Source: Phoronis australis
Lineage: Eukaryota > Animalia > Phoronida
Assembly: GCA_002633005.1 (NCBI GenBank)
Contig: NMRA01000939.1
Coordinates: 29,173 to 93,172 of the forward strand
Length of the DNA stretch: 64,000 nt
Reading direction: 5' to 3'
Part shown: positions 61,613 through 64,000 of the stretch, piece by piece
How the letters are laid out: each line of letters starts with the position of its first letter
How positions within the stretch are numbered: position 1 is the first letter of the stretch
The notes under the pieces: generated by a model
Database searches by the model: none
Seen by the model: only the letters and a program-made list of their open reading frames with translations
Told to the model about the DNA's origin: nothing
Program-made: the position numbers and the translations under genes

Positions 61613-64000
61613 GAGATTATAACGTGCGAAATAGACTTTGAACAAAGCGTTGGTACTGTAACAGAATTGTGTTCAACTTATTAAACGTAGAATTATACGG
61701 TACATGAAGTTCTTATGAATAGCCGATTTTGTTTCACGTCTAAGACCAAGTACGGTAAAATCTCGTCAATTTCGGTACAAATGACGGCAAGAATTGCCCT
61801 TTTCATTTTCAGAAGCCTCTAACGCTGTTGCCAATGTCCACATTTTGTCAAAACATTGTGCAGTTTTTTAATAATGTATGCAAAAAAATAAATCACAGAT
61901 CTGCTGCCGTTTGAAACGTACAGTTGTGATGCAGTCATTTCGGCTGTAGGCTAATGTTATTGAAAAGAGCGATAGTGGCAGACTGCTGTAAATGGATACG
62001 GTAATTCACTTGTTTTGCACAAAAAGGTATTCAAGTTTTCCATTTTCCTCAGATCGCTTTGCAACTGCAACAACGACGTCTTGTGATGTCGGCCTTTTGT
62101 AGTGTATTTCGTTGTCATGAACTTCTTGCGCCTTTTTCTCATGTCGATTTTCGCTGTCGATCATTACTCAGTGACACTATGTTGTCATACAATGAAAATG
62201 TCGCTTATAACCGATTTCAAAGTTTTGCAAAGCAATGGCACTGGGCAAACGTCACCTGATGTCTGATTGAGCCAGGTGTTCGACAACAATGTTGTTTGAA
62301 ATATAGCCATGTATCGGTTTCATCGGAAAACAAATTCGAAGTCCACTATTGGAAGATATTAATCCAGTTCTTTTGCTTCCTGCCTAAGTTTTCTCAGAAT
62401 GGTTTGAAAGTTCTTTGAAAATATTTGCGAACTTTTGTGGTTCTCCAGTCTACGTAGCAGTCTCAATAAATCTTGCAATTCTTGTCCTGGAATGTTTTGT
62501 AAAGGAAGTATAATAGAATACAAACTGACACTTCAACGCACAGTTAAAATATATTCGAAAAGAAATTACTAACATCAATTTTTAACGATCGATTAAATTC
62601 ATGCTCACGTATATACATCAAATCAACATGAGAGGTTTCATTAACTTTAGTGAATTGTCAACATCAACGATTTTTACTGCTAATAGATGTATCCAACAAA
62701 GTACATGTAATCAAGTCACTAGTTCCAGGAGACAAGTATCACGTAGTCAACCCAGGGCCTATGTACATGACTTGAAAATAAACTCAAATTGTAAACATTT
62801 AGTGAATTTGAAAATGTGGAAAGTCTTTTTAATTCTACTCATTTTTTTCACTTTAGGGTCATTCACTCCACGCCAAAAGAACCTCCGTGTTCATCGGAAT
62901 AACAAGAAGTTAGGGGTGACTTGGTACATTTTAATAACTTAAGCGGAGCTCTAGTTGAGGCTTAGAGTTAATTATCTGTTATAACGGAATCAAAATTTAT
63001 TTTTCCGGCGCTAATGGCTTTCGTAATTGTAATTACTATCCTGTAGTAATACACGGATGATGGGTGTACGGATGATGGATCTTGCGGTAAATAAAAGACA
63101 ACACAGAACCGAATCTGGTCATTGTACATTTATATTTAGCCCGTAAAATCGATCACTTTCAGTAAATTCAAGCTTTTTGCTATTAATTTAATTTTAGAAT
63201 GACAATGAAACCTTACAAATGGATAGACGATTTTAAAAAGCTGTTCTGTGCAACTTGAATGTTTCCCCCATATGAGCACGCCCACTATATCAACTTAAGA
63301 ATAGAATGCGACGTGACGATATTGTAGGTCCTGACTTCACTATTACAACTTTACTTCTCTTGAGTTTGTCATAAGAGTCTTGCACTAGACTCGGATTTAC
63401 GCATTGAAAGGATTTTGGTCACGTTTAGACTACTTTCTCGAGCCTTTTTCGTAACGAACTTTTAGTGTGCAACTCTCTCCGCACCAATCTAACTTTCACC
63501 TTACCATATGCCCGCCATAGTCACCAGTATGGGCGGCCGTTTATGCAAAAAACATTAAAATGTATATTCAATTCTATCTAATGAACTCAATGCCAACTGT
63601 ATGACAATTCAATCCTATCTTGTGTATTCAATGCTATTACATCAATCCAATCCACATTCGTCGATTCTATACCGTGAACTCAATGCTGTTTTGTATATTC
63701 TATCATGTTTACTGAATTCAATGTTGTTTAGTCGATTCTGTTTCGTCTATCCTATAGTCTCCCACTTCATGAATTCAATCCAGTCTCGTCGATTCTGTTT
63801 CGTCAATCCTGGCGGCCTAAGACACAACTAATATATGGCATATGCGCATGCGCCTTTGTGCTCCTTGGCGATAACCATTGAGCTATATATATACCAGTGC
63901 TATATTTATCTCATTGGCGAAAGTCTCAAGCTGGAGATGTCGACGACAAGACTGTTTACTCTTGAAATAGAAACTTTGAGAACACATCTTCAAGAAACAC

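Noticed and set aside
56700-64000. Short ORFs in the distal 7 kb
   Set aside because: No recognisable protein motifs or consistent exon chain; the region looks like intergenic DNA with repeat fragments.

Overview
Intron-rich animal genomic DNA, probably from a marine invertebrate (taxon not determinable from the sequence). Gene order: the 3' end of a BIRC6-like ubiquitin-conjugating (UBC) gene (+), DRG1 (+, 11 exons), GPS1/COPS1 (-, 12 exons, convergent with DRG1), NUDT1/MTH1 (+, divergent from GPS1 with start codons about 107 bp apart and its ATG apparently split by an intron), and a RING + TRAF-zinc-finger gene (-) whose 5' part is tandemly duplicated next to an N. The introns hold many non-autonomous DNA transposons (hAT-like with 5- and 6-bp TSDs, PIF/Harbinger-like), tRNA-derived SINEs and palindromes, and minisatellites. 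The main finding is in the RING/TRAF gene. Its C-terminal Cys/His (CHORD/BTK-like) domain is split by about 5.7 kb that hides six frame-preserving microexons of 3, 3, 12, 6, 3 and 3 nt (P, T, LELF, TV, G, G). Each has a consensus GTRAG donor, a YAG acceptor and an upstream pyrimidine tract, and half have a UGC motif. This is a candidate single-codon-exon combinatorial splicing system inside a zinc-binding loop. All gene models were read by hand from splice signals and need RNA-seq confirmation.
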